Below, piece after piece: positions 49,681 through 61,932 of a stretch of DNA of 64,000 bases. Position numbers and translations under genes: made by a program. The notes under the pieces were generated by a model, which was not told where the DNA came from, made no database searches, and saw only the letters and a program-made list of their open reading frames with translations. The stretch comes from Camelus dromedarius (taxonomy: Eukaryota), in NCBI RefSeq assembly GCF_036321535.1, contig NC_087436.1, forward strand, positions 11,346,001 to 11,410,000, given 5' to 3'. How positions within the stretch are numbered: the first letter of the stretch is position 1; each line of letters opens with the position of its first letter.

Positions 49681-51019
49681 TGACAAAATAGCCCTGTGAC
49701 CTTGGATAAACTGCCCTTTCTAGGGCTCACTATCCTCTTCCCTATTTTGAGATAATGATCACTACTTCACTGGCTGCATTGAAAATCCATTGTTTAGGTG
49801 AAACATTTGACACAGTGCATGTAACCTAGTTAATAACTCAGTAAATGGAAGGTATTTTTAGCTAACAAATTGAAGACAAAATATTAGGGAAATAGTAAAG
49901 AAGAGGAGAGGACAGCCTACAAGCTTTCCAAAAAACATTGTTTGTAATACAGCTCATTTAGATATGTACCCAAGTTTGCAACACATTTTAAAATATAACG
50001 AACTACATGGACAATCTCCTGAATAAAAAGAGAAACAGACATTTCTTATTATTTCACAGAAGAGATTGCAAATACTCTTCAGAAATTTTTAAAATCTCTG
50101 CCACACCAAATTGTTTTAAACCAAGTGTTCCAAGAGGCTTATCTATACTCACGCCAAGTTAAAAGAGAAGGTGAGTGTAGATATCCTTGTAACCTGTGTC
50201 CCTGAAAGAGTGGGGGAATCAAGCAACCAGTCCCCAATGACACGTGTAGTCTGAAATCAGACCTGGAATCCAACCTACATGATATTCAAGCACATGGAAC
50301 CCTGTGCCTGCTTGGTCTTCCCCCAATCTCAATTTATCTCAGTTTGGGAGAGGAGAGGTGGGGTAAGAAGTGGGGACAGGGAAGAAGAAGATGGACTGGA
50401 TTGGAAAAGAAAGGAGACAGGTTTGTGATAATTGTGAGGAGGAAGAAAGAAGGCACTGGAAGAATCTGAGAGCTTGGAGATGGAACAAATATTAAAGAAG
50501 AGAGTAAGAGAAGCTGGCTCAGCTAGAATGGAGCAGAGATAGTGAATTCAAAAATTGTTTGTAAGGGATGATTTAATTATAAAATATTTTAGTCATATAT
50601 AATAATAGAGAGAATATTATAAAGACCTGATACACCAAGAATCCAGCTGCTCTGAAATTGTAAACTTTTGTCCTACCTTTAGTCCTACCAACTTCTTGCC
50701 ATTATTTTGAAGGAAATTCTTAGATACAATATGACTGCATTCATAAAATATTTCATTATGTATTTCTTTAAAAAAAATTATTGAAGTGTAGTTGATTTAC
50801 AATGTTAGTTTCAGGTATACAGCAAAGTGATTCAGTTATATATGTATTTTTTCTTTTCAGATTCTTTTCCATCATATGCTATTACAAGAAATTGAATGTA
50901 GTTCCCTGTTCTATACAGTAGGTCCTTGCTGTTTATCTATTTTGTGTCATTATGTGTTTCTAAAGGAGACTTTTCAGGAGGGAGGGTATAGCTGAGTGGT
51001 AGAGTGCCTGCCTAGTGTG

Positions 51020-53320
51020 TTATCTCTGACAAACTTCCCCAAACCAAATTCTAAATGAGTCAAACATTTAACCATGCCATTTAAAGTCATTGTCATTTAT
51101 AGATAGATATTGTTTTATTCTGATGCTTTTAACCAAAAAAAAAAAAAAAACCTTAAGATTCATAGAAAGGATTTTTTCGATGAACGTAGGTTTCTGATAA
51201 CTTTCAGATCATAATACTGAACTGGGTAAGAAATTACAGAACTCTAATGGAAAAATAGATGGCTTCATAAAACTAACAAAAGATCAAAATCGACAAGAAT
51301 TAATTCCACAGGACTGAATGAACTAATGAATATGATTATAATATTTATGACATTTTGTCTGAAAGATTACTGGCTTTTTAACTTTTCCAGATATAAGGAA
51401 ACCTTTCCTCTTAAGCTAACCATGATTTACAGCAATTTGGTAAATTATACTTTTGCAAATAGAATTGAAACACTTATCTTTTTCTCCCTACCTTATTGCT
51501 CCAGAATATGGAATCTCTTAGTGAGTATTCTTATATTCATGGCAATATATTTATGTACACGAGTTCACTAAGAATCTGTTTTCCTTGTAACAGGACATAA
51601 TTGAAAACATTGGTTATATTACCAAGGCTTGACTGAAATGCCATATTTGAGAATGTGCATTGAATCAGTTATGACCAGGCAGCTTTAACGAACAGAGATT
51701 GACTTTATGGGGTCGTTAAGCCCCTTGGAAGAACAGCCTGGTACCTTGCTACCAGGGTTCCCAGCAGCCTTACCAGGTGAGGAAGGAAAGACTTCCTGGC
51801 AGGTGCAGGAACCTCAGGATATTTTGGAGACCTTGAGAGGAATTTGCTCAAATCTATACGTACTACAGGCAAGTCTGATGACAAGTCTTTTGCTTGGCCT
51901 CCTGGCCTCAAGAGGCATTTAAAGTTCAGTTTAGAGATTCCTTATGAAAACTTCCAGCAAAGTAGATATCAACAAGCCTATGTGGTCAATTGCTATTTTT
52001 GCTGGACTTACATAAATAATCAGGCCAAGATTGATGAAACTAAACTGATTATGCAAACAAATTACTCTTACTTTGGCTATCATTGGTAAAAAGGAAGGTG
52101 ACTTTAGAGAGAAGAAAAGTTCCAATAAAAACTATCATGTACAATTGTGAATATTAAATTCTAGTTCTGTGAAATGTCTTTGTTTTTAAGGTTTTGTTTT
52201 TCAGTCCATAAACTGGACTGGACCCTAAATTCTAGTTTCTGCAAATACTTGGCTATAACTAATGTTTCCAGTTTTTCTCCCACTATTGACTTGGAATCAT
52301 TGAGATCTAAAGCTGCCTTTTTCCGGAAGCCCTGCAAACGGAGGTTGAATGACTTGATATAACCCTAAGAGCCATGAGCACAATAGGCCATTCCAGTGAG
52401 TCACTCAGTGTTCCTGGGTCTCTTCTATGTACACTTGTTATTAAACCTTGTTTGATTTTTCTCCTTTAACCTGTCTCATGGCAATTTAATTCCTAGACCA
52501 GCCAGAAGAACTTAGAAAAGTAAAGGGAATATTCTTCCTTCTCAACAAAATAAATTATACAACAGTAACAAAAAAGGATGCTTGTAAATCAACTATTTCA
52601 ATGTAAAAAAGAGGGGGTGCTGATTGGCTTTTGTTCCTCGACAACCTAGATGCAGTTTTAACTCCAGCGTCTGCTGGAGTGTAACAATTAGAAAATGATC
52701 GTGAACTTAACCAGTACTGGGCCTCAGGTTTATTACACATGGAGATCCCATTACATTTAAAGAGGAGACCGTTAAAATTGTTGAGACCAAGAGCAGGCTG
52801 CCAGAGAGTATACCTCAACGGCATATTGATTATTTTGGATGAAGTTTACTTAAGATACAAGAGGGACACTCTGACCATCCTTTCTTTCTCCCTGAAAACT
52901 GGAAGTAAATCTCCCTGGGAAAAGTGCGCTCCCTGCGTCTGGAGCTGGAAGGGCACCCTCATCTCCAGAGACAGGGAATTCGGGCAGAGAAGCCTGAATA
53001 AGCAAACCATGTCACTTCTTAATTTACTACCTCAAGCCCAAACTCTGTTTAAAGCCTCGCTAATTAAACCCCCTAAAGCTTAATTTTCTTAAGTTTCTTT
53101 GTCCTGTCAATTCCTCACAAATTCATTATATTTTTGTCTAAAAAGTGTAAAAGGTGCCTTTTTTGGCCGTTTGTTAGGTTCCATTCCTATGAGACCTCCG
53201 TGCACGTGAATTAAAATTTGTTTCCTTTTCTCCTGTTAGTGTGTTTAGTGTCAATTTTATTATTAGTCTAACCATAAGAGCTCAAGATGGGTAGAGGGAG
53301 AAATTTCCCTCCCCCAGAAA
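51020..53320 (+). mobile_element. ERV1 non-autonomous internal fragment plus LTR pieces (about 52400-52545 and 52680-53320)
   Basis: AT-rich MER4-group-like internal sequence, preceded by a truncated SINE head (about 50977-51018). Two LTR 3' ends of the type TTTTCTCCT..A...TGT....G.CAATTT.ATT..TAG.C. Confidence 0.5.
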
Positions 53321-53349
53321 TCTTAGTGATGTCCGTGAATTTAACATAC

Positions 53350-54430
53350 AGGTCACTGTCTGGCCGCCCTTCCGCCAGGAGGGTACCACCATGTTCTCTT
53401 GGGGGGCGGGGGGCGTCGTGGGGCTCTCGGCCTGGGCTGTGCAGCTGCAATGGATCCAAGTTCAAAATACGGCAACCTTGAAAGATATTACCAGGTGACT
53501 AAAGTTGATCAAAAACATACAGAAAGTTACCAACTGTATCAAAATGGTAGCAGGAGCAAAATAAGCCCGAGCTGAGAGGGAGCTGAAACCAGCCGAGTGC
53601 AGGGAGTAGGATCCTTGGCTCTGCGTGCAAAGGCTGACGTAAAAGCGCCTGAAGACAAGAAGAAACACCTCCTCATCGGTGTGTCCTCAGACTCGGGGCT
53701 TTGTGGTGCTGTTCACTCCTCGGCTGCTAAACAGATAAAGCATGAGGTGGCCAACCTCCCAGCAGCTGGGAAAGAAGTGAAGATTGTTGGCGCTGGTGAC
53801 AAAATCAGGGGTCTACTTCACAGGACTCAATCTGACCAGTTTCTGGTGACATTCAAAGAAGTGGGAAGATGCATCAGTCATCACCCTTGAATCGTTAGAT
53901 CCTGGATATGAATTTGATGAAGGGTCTGTCATCTTAAACCAGTTCAGGTCTGTCGTCTCCTACAAGACAGAAGAAAAGCCCCATCTTTTCCATTGATGCC
54001 ACCGCAAGTGCTGAGAGCAGGCGTGTCTATGACGACACTGTGCTGACATGCAGCAGAACTCCCAGGGGTACAGCCTGGCCGTCGTCTGCTACTCGCCAGC
54101 GAGCAGACCGCCAGGATGATGGCCGTGGACAGCGCCAGCAGGGACACTTCTGAGATAGTTGACAAATTGACTTTGACATTCAGTCGTACCCGCCAAGCTG
54201 TCATCACAAAGGAGTTGATTGAAATCGGCTCTCGTGCTGCAGCTCTGGATTAATGAAAATCAAGTTTCATCCTCAGACAAGGGGTAAAGAAGAAAAATTC
54301 AGCCAGCTGGTTCTGTTTTTAGCTTACTGCTGTCCTTGTCGGAAGAAATTGTCGGTCCAGTGTTTGAATTACTAAAGACAGCAAGATATTTGTAAATTAT
54401 CTTACAATAAACCACTCACCATAAGAAAAT
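53350..54430 (+). pseudogene. ATP5F1C: Processed pseudogene of mitochondrial ATP synthase F1 gamma subunit (ATP5F1C)
   Basis: Intronless. ATG at 53391 is followed by [50 protein letters not shown] and AAALD-TAA (54251-54253). It carries stops, frameshifts and deletions, with AATAAA at 54406-54411 and a decayed A tail. Confidence 0.95.
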
Positions 54431-54449
54431 AAATTGACAAAATACAGTT

Positions 54450-56200
54450 CAAAGAGATAAGCCTCATCTTAACCTTCAGAACAATTACCTTGCCCAAATT
54501 CCCATAAGCACAGGGTACGTGGCCCTAAATATTTCAGAGAAGGTATGATTGCTCTGACCTGATGTAATAAATTAAAATTTAATTGATTTTTTGGAGATTA
54601 CTAATTCGCTTCACTAATGGGACCCCATGGGTGCTCCTACACCCAGTGAAAATAGATAATGTCACTAAATGTTAATTAAAACAGAGCATTCAAGTTTGAA
54701 ATCCATAATGCAAGACTTATTTAGAGTAGAAGTGGTTAGCCTGACTTCTCCAGATAACCCCAATTTGATCCGTTCTTAGACTTGAAAAGAGGGAATGGAA
54801 TCTCACAGTGCATGACCACAACCTAAATGCTGTGTTCTCACCCAATGTTGTCTACTTCCTGCTTCCATTCAACCAGCAGCTGGTAAATATCTGGCTGTTA
54901 TAGATTTGGCCCATATGTTCTGTTCAGGGCTTATTTCAACAGCTTCCCAGCCATAAATTTCCTTCACCTCCAGAGGGAAACCACGCACCTCTACCTGGCT
55001 ATCCCAGCGCCTCAACAGCCTTGCCTTGGCCCATGTCTTTGCAGGCAAAATCTAAACTGCAATCAACTTCTCCAGAGGCACAAATATGACTTACCTTGTT
55101 GATATCATCCCCCACAGAGATCAATTTGAAAAACTCAGGACGCACAAAGGACTCACAAAGGAGTTTACAGCAGGGGAATGAGTCATCGCCCCACACATAT
55201 TGCAAGGTCCTCCTACTTTGTTGAAACTCTTGAAAATTATTTGGTAACTGAGGGCAGCTTTGTCCTAGACACTGTCAGGAGATAGCTAGTGACCCTTTCC
55301 GCACCCAGAACGTGAAAACAAGCCCAACATCTTCTAGGACTTTTTGGGTTCTGAAGGCAACATATTCCTCATTATAAATTTTACTTCAGGCTGTTTATGA
55401 TGTTACTTGGGGATCAACCCACGTTGAATGGGACTGCCACCATGAAAAGGCTCTAGACACTGTCTAGGCTGGAATCCCATTAGTGCCCCAGGGACATCTT
55501 CTCTGTGGGGCTTCAGCAACTGCCTCATGCTTCCTGGAGACTCTGGACCACAGTGACAGCCACAGGTTCCCCTGGGCTCCTGGTGCTGCACCCTGACCTG
55601 CTTGGATATGTGCCGTGGCCGTTGTCGACGTAACCCTCCATCCCAGCCGCCCACAGTGCCTTAAATTATGGGCCAGAAGCCCACCAGCACACCACAGCTA
55701 CCCAGACCACCTTGCTACCAAACGGAGCCAACCCCAGACCCTCTGGCACATCACCCCTGCAGGAGGGATGGTCTTTCCTCTTCTCAGTTGCTACTTTGCA
55801 TCATGCTGTGGTATTAAAGGAGGTCACCCCTCCCAGACTGCTTGGTTAGCAGGGAGCTGCTTGGGGCCACTTGAGGGAACAGCAGTGAGCGTTCCTATAC
55901 TGCATGGATGGTACCACCTCGGTCACACATAATGAGCTCAGGGGAGATTTGTTGCTTTTCACTCTTTTACAGGACTGTTACTGACAAGTGATGGAACCCA
56001 AGGATCAGTATAATTGGCTGAACCTCAGACAGTCATTCTAGCACACATTTAACCAATAATCAGCCCACATGCACATTTTTACAGACTCTGGGGCCATTGC
56101 CTGTAAAGAGTTGCCCCCTCCGGGTCAAGAGCTCTGACTTCACAGATACTCAAGATATCAGTCAGTGTCACAGAGACCTCTACAGGTACCACAGCCTGAA
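54450..56200 (+). mobile_element. Degenerate ERV-L-like pol remnant
   Basis: An RT-like stretch VIDLAHMFCSGLISTASQP*ISFT at about 54897, and KQAQHLLGLFGF* at about 55316; many stops. Confidence 0.65.
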
Positions 56201-57129
56201 TGCAAGTCCTCCCCTGGGCACTCTTCTTCCCCTATGGAGTTTCAGACATTCCTGATGGTGACCAAAGACTCATTTCCCTTCTGGGAGTACACCATGCTGA
56301 ATTCCTGAACAAGGCATTTGCTGGAACTTCCTACCAGATGCATCAGCTGGAAATCTGTTAGAAATGCAAGTTGCCAGTCCTCACTGCAGACCTGATGAAT
56401 CCAGAATCTCTGGGCTTGACCCAGCAATCTGTTTTCAGTAGCCCTCCAGGGAATTCTGACTCTGGCTCAACTTGATCAAAAGCATCATTTTCAGGGCTGA
56501 ATAGTGAACAACTATATGACCAAAATACAGTTTACTTAATGCATTCTACTGTCCATGCAAGGATCTTTATGACATCTGCTAAAAAACAAAATTCAAGTAT
56601 GTAAATTTGAAGACTCAGGTGACTTTATTCAAAGATTCATGAATCAGGCAGCATCCTATCTGGAAACTAGAAGGGCACTTAGGTAGTAAATCTAGGTCTG
56701 GTGTCATGGCTTTTAGCATGAGTGACGTCATTCTGGGACCGCGGTTTCCATTTTACACATCTTACCTTGTGTCTTTCTTTCACTGTGCCAAGTGGAACAC
56801 TCATCTTTAAAGGTCCTTTCATTTGAAATCCTGGCTGGAGGCATAGTTTTTTTGCATTTCAAAGAATCATGCAGAACAAACTTGTTATGAATGAAAAATA
56901 AGACAGAAAATGAGAAAGAGAGAGGTGTTGGGGTAAGGGTGAGGTACAGCCACTTTACATGAAATCTTCACGGAAAACCATTACAAAAGTGACATTAGAA
57001 CAAAGCCCCAAAGGAAATGTGGGAGTGAGGGCTACAGATGATGGAGAGAAGTGTGGTCCAGGAAGAGGGAAGTGCAACAGCAAACACCCTGAGGCAGGAC
57101 CATGCCCCACATGTCAAAACAGGAAGGAG

Positions 57130-57792
57130 TATAACTGAGCAGGACCCTATGGGGGATTCTGGGGACACCCCCGCCCCGCCCCCACCGTGTCCTCTGCCTG
57201 TCTCTTGTTTATAAAAACACTGTAGTCTCCCAAGCCTCCCCTGAGTCACAGAAGCCTGGCTTAAGCGTTAACGATTGAAAGAATATGAACATGTAGTGAC
57301 AACAGAATATTGGCAGTTGGGCCAGAAGAACTGGTAACAATTTAAATAGTAAATCAGCCTTACAGCAGTCACAGAATCTTTAGTTCCTCCCTGAAGGGCA
57401 TAGATAGCAGTGTCTGATGCACATTCCTGAGTTGTTTTACAGATACTGAAACCTCTACCAGATGGAGGAAGTGACTGCACATCAGCATGGAGCAACCAGA
57501 GCAGCTGGAGTCTGAGGGCCGATGATGGTTACCCCTGTGACTCCACCCTGTTACCTCACCATCAGCCAATCAGAGGACTGTGCACGAACTGACCGTGTGC
57601 CCTGGGATGCCCCGTTTCACCTTATCTTTACAAATGCTTCCCTGAAGCCCATTGGGGAATTTGGTCTTTTGAGCATTAGCTGCCCCAAATCCTTGCTTGG
57701 CACCTGCAGTAAACACTGCACGTTCCTTCAACACACTCAGTAGATTGCCTTTCTCTGTGTAGGCAAGTGAACCCAAGTTTGGTTCAGTAACA
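57130..57792 (+). mobile_element. Solo ERV LTR
   Basis: TATAACTGAGCAGGACCCTATGGGG...CCAATCAGAG...AGTAAAC...GAACCCAAGTTTGGTTCAGTAACA, related to the LTR at about 45996. Confidence 0.65.
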
Positions 57793-59837
57793 GGTGGATT
57801 CAGCAGAGTAATTAAAGGGAGGAGAAATACTCTGTGACTGCAAAAGGTGGCAATGACCAGGTTGTACTGGCTTGGAGACCACGTGACAAGTTGACATGAT
57901 TTCTGAGTGAGATGAAGTTTTGAGAAGACGAATGACAATGTTTGGTTTATGTTTAAGGGATCACCCTAACTGTTGGTCTGCACAGGGACTACAGTGAGGA
58001 ACAGGGCAGGAGGCAGAGGAAGCAGGGAAACTCCCTAGGAGGCTATTGCAATATTCTGAGCATTTCATGATTGTAACTTGAACTAGCCAGGTCATTGCAG
58101 ATGGAGAGGTAATAAGAGATCCAATCTTGGTTTATTGCAAGAATTATCGTATAATGATCTGATCACTAATGTGCTCATCCAATCTGTAAAGAACTATTCT
58201 AGGGATCTGGGAAGCTTACAAACTAGAAACTAGTCTAATTTTCACGCTGTCCAGAAACTCCTGGAAAACTCTGCTAAGCCAGCTTCCCCATTCTAGGCTG
58301 AGATGGACTAAAATAACCTACTTCTGGAGGCAGCCTCAGGTCTCAGGGACTCAGCCTGGTTTGATCCATGTCTGGTAGCTCTCAGATTTCTCTCAGTGTC
58401 TTGGTTCTCCTGAACATAACCCCACCCCTTCAACCTTAATTCAGAATCAGTCTCTGTCTCCTTGGCTACTGGAAAACGGGACATTGGAGAAGAGCATGCT
58501 CTGATTTAATTTTTAAAAGAACACTTGGTTATTAAGGATAAAAACAGTGTGAAAGCACAGAAAGCATTTAGGAGACTTTTATAGGAATCTAGACAAGACA
58601 GGATGATGGCAGAGTCTAGAATGTTAGAGTAGAGATTGCAAGCTGAAAGATTCAGCAAGTGTCTGAAGAACTTTTTAGTGGAAAGGATAATTGAAGAGTA
58701 AGAGAAAAAAAGAAATGAAGCATAAAACCTACCATTTTTGGCTTCAGCAAATGGATAAGTGTGGCCATTGTTGGTAAACATGTTGACAGATTGGAGGAAC
58801 CCAGGCTTATGGGGGAGATATCAAAAGCTGTGATTTTCCCACAGACGGTACAACGGCACATCTATCTGCATCCATCTGTGCGCCGTGTATGGCTATCCAC
58901 ACACACTCCCCTCGACAAATGTTAATGTGGAGGAATAGAGAAAGGATTACAGGGGTATAAACCAAGTTTTAATCCTATTACCCACTCCTAAGGAAAGTAA
59001 GATTAGAACTGAGTAAAGAAGGAAGCTTTACAATTTTTACCTATATTTGTATGAGAAGGTTCTAATGGTTTTATAATTCAAACATTAAATAATAACAGCT
59101 GCAGTTGTGATAGTATCACTGAAAATTCTAATCTGAAATAAAAATCAGCACAATACCGTAGTCTGCCTAGTTCCCTGATAAATCTTAAGTTTGATAAGGC
59201 ACTGGGCTTCTAAAGATATGAAGAAACAAAGTACTTTCTTATATTTCTGGTGAAAGTGTATGTTGATAAAACTATAGTTGAGGTGGGAAAATTGTCACTA
59301 AAAGTATCAGGGAGTATTTAAGATTTTGTGAGCCATAGGATCTCTACAACAACTGCTCTACGTGGCCACTGTAGCATGAAAGGAAGTCCTGGACAATACA
59401 GCACCAAATGACAAGGCTGTGTTCCAGTTCAGCCCTTGTACCGAAGCCTGCCCTGGGCTGGATTCAGTCTGCAGGCAGTAGGTTGCCAATATCCTACTCA
59501 AGAGGCAATCTGCCAACATATATCAACATTGTAAGTGTGGCATGTACCTTTGACTCAGCAGTTGATTTTGTTATACAAATTTTGAGGAGAAAATGTTGGG
59601 ACAATTTAGAAGGCCATCATGAAAGGATTGCCTAAATGAACTACAGCACGTCCAATTGGAGTGATGACACTTTAAGTAGAATGAGTATTTACAAGCGTTG
59701 ATATGTTGTCATGTTTAAGACAATGTGAAGGCATTAACAAAACTAAGCATAAAACATAGTCAGAATGGTGTATATAACACACCATCATTTGACTGTGTGT
59801 GTTTGTGGCTACATTTGTGTTTAAAATATGTATGGTA

Positions 59838-59870
59838 ATACATACATACATACATACATACACACATACA
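59838..59870. repeat. (TACA)n microsatellite
   Basis: ATACATACATACATACATACATACACACATACA. Confidence 0.8.
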
Positions 59871-60287
59871 AATAAATTTAAAAAGCAAAAACACCAAATA
59901 AAATATGTATGGTATACATGACCAGCCAGGAAGTGTTTATCTCTGAAAAAAAAAAAATGTGGCTGAAGGATCAGATTAGTGGGATTCAATTATAACTTTA
60001 CATCCTTTTGTAATTTTTATACTTGTACTATAATCCAGTGACTTCTAAAAATAGTTAATTTTTAAAATATAAATCCTATATATTACAGTATTTCAAAATA
60101 TTAACTATCTTTAAAGTATGTACCTACACATGCCACATGAATATAGCTATGTCCTTTGCATGCAGGACCTTCCTGAGTTGGAACCACCCTCCTCAGCCCA
60201 GTGAAGGAGCCCCCAGGCTGTCCTGACGGCTTGCCCAGATGTGGGGCAGAGGGGAGGCCCGAGGTTGAGGGTGAAAAGACATCAGCA

Positions 60288-60439
60288 GGGAGTAAGGCTG
60301 CACTTCAAGTGGTAGAGCACACGCTTAGTCTGCATGAGGTCCTGGTTTCAGTCCCCAGTATCTCCTTTAAAAACAAACAAACAAACCCAAATTACCTCCT
60401 CACAAAAATAAACAAAAAATAAAATTAAAAAAAAAAAAC
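60288..60439 (+). mobile_element. vic-1-type SINE with target-site duplication, downstream of paralog B
   Basis: CAAGTGGTAGAGCACACGCTTAGTCTGCATGAGGTCCTGG head plus an A tail. TSD AGACATCAGCA (60277-60287) / AGACATCATCA (60440-60450). Confidence 0.85.
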
Positions 60440-60546
60440 AGACATCATCAATCAAGACATCAAAGGTGGACTCAGACTCTTTATTACAAGGACTTCCCAC
60501 AAACATAGCAAGATCATGGATCATATAGAAAGTCTTTCAAGTTAGA

Positions 60547-61932
60547 TCAACACTCATTTTCAACTATACTTATTGTAAGTGATTTAGGAGAAGGTCTAAT
60601 AGAGAAATAGGCCATAAGTTTCCCTGTAAAAATTTCACTGAATGTATATAAATGTGATCTATCATTCAAATTGTAAAAGGAAACTTCTCCCAAATCGCAG
60701 TCCAGAAAAACGCCATACCGCCAGGGGTTTCCTAAAACCCGCGTGTCCTGTATCACAGCCCAGAGCTGAATTTGCCAGCAGCCGTTGCTTGGGGAAGGTG
60801 AGACAGGAGAATTTCTGGGGAAAGATTCTTTACACACCCCTAAGGACCACTCCCTCATGCCTCTGCCTTCTACCTGCCAAAAATGCCTGCCAGCATCAAA
60901 CCCCTCCGAACTCAGGACAGCGGGGTAAGAAGCAAATGCCTGGGGAGGATGAACACAGTTTGGTTCCATCCTTTGAAAGGTTGCAGTTTTCTGATCTTGT
61001 GAAATTTGGAGGCTCTGGTGAGCAGTTTCAGGCTCCAGTGTCAAATGCACATGAAAGTTGCTAATCATTTTGTGCAAGCCAAAATACTGTGGGGGGAGAG
61101 TGAAAACCTCCTTTTTGACTTCATATGAAATGGGTGCTGGGCTCTCTAGGTTTTCATAGCTTCTGTGGATACTTTTAATGCCTGTGAGTAAATCCAGGTC
61201 AGACTGGGAACACTTGTTGGTTATTTCATAAAGCAGACTTTTCAACGTGGATCCATGGTCTGATATTTGGGTTTCTTTGTCAATTATTTCATACTGAACA
61301 CCTTTCTCTTCAGCCTGTAACACGAAGTCAATTACATTGTGCTCTGTTTTCAAGAAATTCTTAAAATGTTCAACTTCAGAGTGCAGTTTGCTCCTTTGAT
61401 TCTCCATGTTGGACACCAACTCAAATGACTTGGAGACTTGCATTTCTAAGCCCTTTTCAGCAGCTTCCAGCTGCTTTGTCAGGGGCTCCAGGTAGCCCTT
61501 GAGCCTCCTCCTGTGACACACTGCAGCTTGCTCCACGGGCACCAGGGGGTGGTGGCGGTGCTCAGAGGAGAGCCTGCACTGGGGACACAGCAGCTCCAGG
61601 TCCTCCTCACAGAACAGGCTCAGGGCCTGACTGTGCTTCTCACACAGGGGGGCCTCCCCCTGCCGGCCCCTCTTGGCCCTCGTGCTGGGAAGCTGCCTCA
61701 CAGCGTCAGCCAGGTGGCTTAACTGGCTGTTCCTCCTGCAGCTGCGCTCAGGGCAGGGCTGCAGGCAGAGCGGGCAGGGGAAGAGGTCCCGGAGCCCCTC
61801 CCAGCGCTGCTGGAGGCAGGCGTGACAGAAGTTGTGCCCACAGCCCGTGGTCACCGGGTCCGTCAGGCAGTCCAGGCAGATGGGGCAGCTGGCCTCCGCG
61901 TGCAGCTGCGCCAGGGAGGCCGCCAGGGCCAT
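60547..61932 (-). CDS. TRIM60/TRIM75-like paralog B, 461 aa (497 aa if the upstream in-frame ATG at 62040 is used)
   Basis: Protein identical to paralog A over the first 191 aa, then diverged; frame intact. AATAAA on the minus strand at 60480-60485. Confidence 0.9.
   Translation of the reverse strand: MALAASLAQLHAEASCPICLDCLTDPVTTGCGHNFCHACLQQRWEGLRDLFPCPLCLQPCPERSCRRNSQLSHLADAVRQLPSTRAKRGRQGEAPLCEKHSQALSLFCEEDLELLCPQCRLSSEHRHHPLVPVEQAAVCHRRRLKGYLEPLTKQLEAAEKGLEMQVSKSFELVSNMENQRSKLHSEVEHFKNFLKTEHNVIDFVLQAEEKGVQYEIIDKETQISDHGSTLKSLLYEITNKCSQSDLDLLTGIKSIHRSYENLESPAPISYEVKKEVFTLPPQYFGLHKMISNFHVHLTLEPETAHQSLQISQDQKTATFQRMEPNCVHPPQAFASYPAVLSSEGFDAGRHFWQVEGRGMREWSLGVCKESFPRNSPVSPSPSNGCWQIQLWAVIQDTRVLGNPWRYGVFLDCDLGEVSFYNLNDRSHLYTFSEIFTGKLMAYFSIRPSPKSLTISIVENEC

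Noticed and set aside
53597..53890. 97-aa ORF resembling ATP synthase gamma as a functional gene
   Set aside because: It is a fragment of a processed pseudogene with upstream stops and frameshifts and downstream deletions.
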